Origin: Acidobacteriota bacterium
GTDB taxonomy: Bacteria > Acidobacteriota > Terriglobia > UBA7540
Assembly: GCA_003225365.1 (NCBI GenBank)
Contig: QHZN01000079.1
Span: 2,459 to 66,458 of the forward strand
Length of the DNA: 64,000 nucleotides
Direction of reading: 5' to 3'
Part shown: piece by piece, positions 63,665 to 64,000 of the stretch
How the letters are laid out: each line of letters starts with the position of its first letter
How positions within the stretch are numbered: position 1 is the first letter of the stretch
The notes under the pieces: generated by a model
The model's input: only the letters and a program-made list of their open reading frames with translations
Told to the model about the DNA's origin: nothing
Databases searched by the model: none
Program-made: the position numbers and the translations under genes

Positions 63665-64000
63665 ATGAAGTTGCAAGCTGCGTTGCTGACACTGACGAGC
63701 GTCTGCCTGCTGCTGCCGGCCGAGGCGGCGAAGAAGCCGGTGCAAACCGGATGGGGTTATGCCGGCCGCGGGCCGGTCGACGTTTTCGAAGGCCTTTCCT
63801 TGCATCCCAAGCTGGTGCGGAAACTTGGCCGAGGCGCGCTCCTGGCGGTTTATGGAGAAAAGGAGAGGGACGAAAAGCATTGGTCCGAGGTGATGGCAAT
63901 CAAGCCTGCGACTCTGGAAGAAACGCTCGCCTGGGTGGAATCGAGCCGGCTGAAATTCTTCGACACCCATCGCTTCCCTGCCAATGAAGACCTGTTCATG
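63665..64000 (+). CDS. Hypothetical secreted protein; 3' end cut by window edge
   Basis: ATG 63665 opens a frame that stays open to the window end and so is not in the ORF track. It begins MKLQAALLTLTSVCLLLPAEAAKKPVQTGWGYAGRGPVDVFEG..., which is signal-peptide-like, and third-position GC is high. Confidence 0.5.
   Translation, partial: MKLQAALLTLTSVCLLLPAEAAKKPVQTGWGYAGRGPVDVFEGLSLHPKLVRKLGRGALLAVYGEKERDEKHWSEVMAIKPATLEETLAWVESSRLKFFDTHRFPANEDLFM

Overview
This is a 64-kb high-GC bacterial chromosomal segment. The gene content is Gram-negative: lpxC, a surA-like gene and a heptose nucleotide-sugar gene. The DUF1800/DUF1501 pair and the abundant GTCATTCTGAGCGAAGCGAAGAATC-type hairpin repeats suggest an Acidobacteriota-like genome or MAG; that is inference only. 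All calls rest on motif recall and reading the sequence by eye; no searches were run.

Most of the window is housekeeping:
- DNA repair and replication: mfd, polA, ruvC-ruvA-ruvB.
- RNA and translation: dus, rsmI, tsaD, gatB.
- Envelope and sugar metabolism: surA-like, galU, lpxC.
- Cofactor synthesis: folK, a dNK-like kinase, panB, panC.
- Other enzymes: hyuA/hyuB, a glycosylasparaginase, pepN, an aryl-CoA ligase, a CocE/NonD hydrolase.

I found no rRNA, intact tRNA, CRISPR array, integrase or transposase.

Observations worth a second look:
1. A Bcp/PrxQ peroxiredoxin (61218..61676, minus strand) has an in-frame TGA exactly at its peroxidatic Cys codon, followed by a SECIS-like hairpin. It is a candidate selenoprotein that the ORF track splits.
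2. panC is fused in frame to a roughly 200-aa domain with the motif order and Cys spacing of family-4 Fe-S uracil-DNA glycosylases.
3. An AT-richer island holds two tandem sedolisin-like (S53) peptidases without a prodomain. The duplication also copied the 3' end of the neighbouring citrate synthase gene.
4. Four conserved genes carry clean block lesions: the citrate synthase, lpxC and two glutamate dehydrogenase paralogs. This is either real gene decay or assembly collapse.
5. hicAB and an orphan DUF433 gene sit between the two damaged gdh copies.
6. A roughly 225-bp MITE-like element occurs twice in opposite orientation. One copy splits ruvA from ruvB.
7. A family of degenerate heptad arrays (TTCTGAN)n lies next to start codons at three loci. 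One array forms a roughly 165-nt hairpin.
8. A 1113-aa internally duplicated CPBP membrane protein, a BlaI repressor coupled to a His-less FabZ-like protein, and an LsrF-like/Rpe-like/aldolase-SDR cluster.

I did not find a clear multi-gene novel system such as a defence island. The items above are the best candidates.
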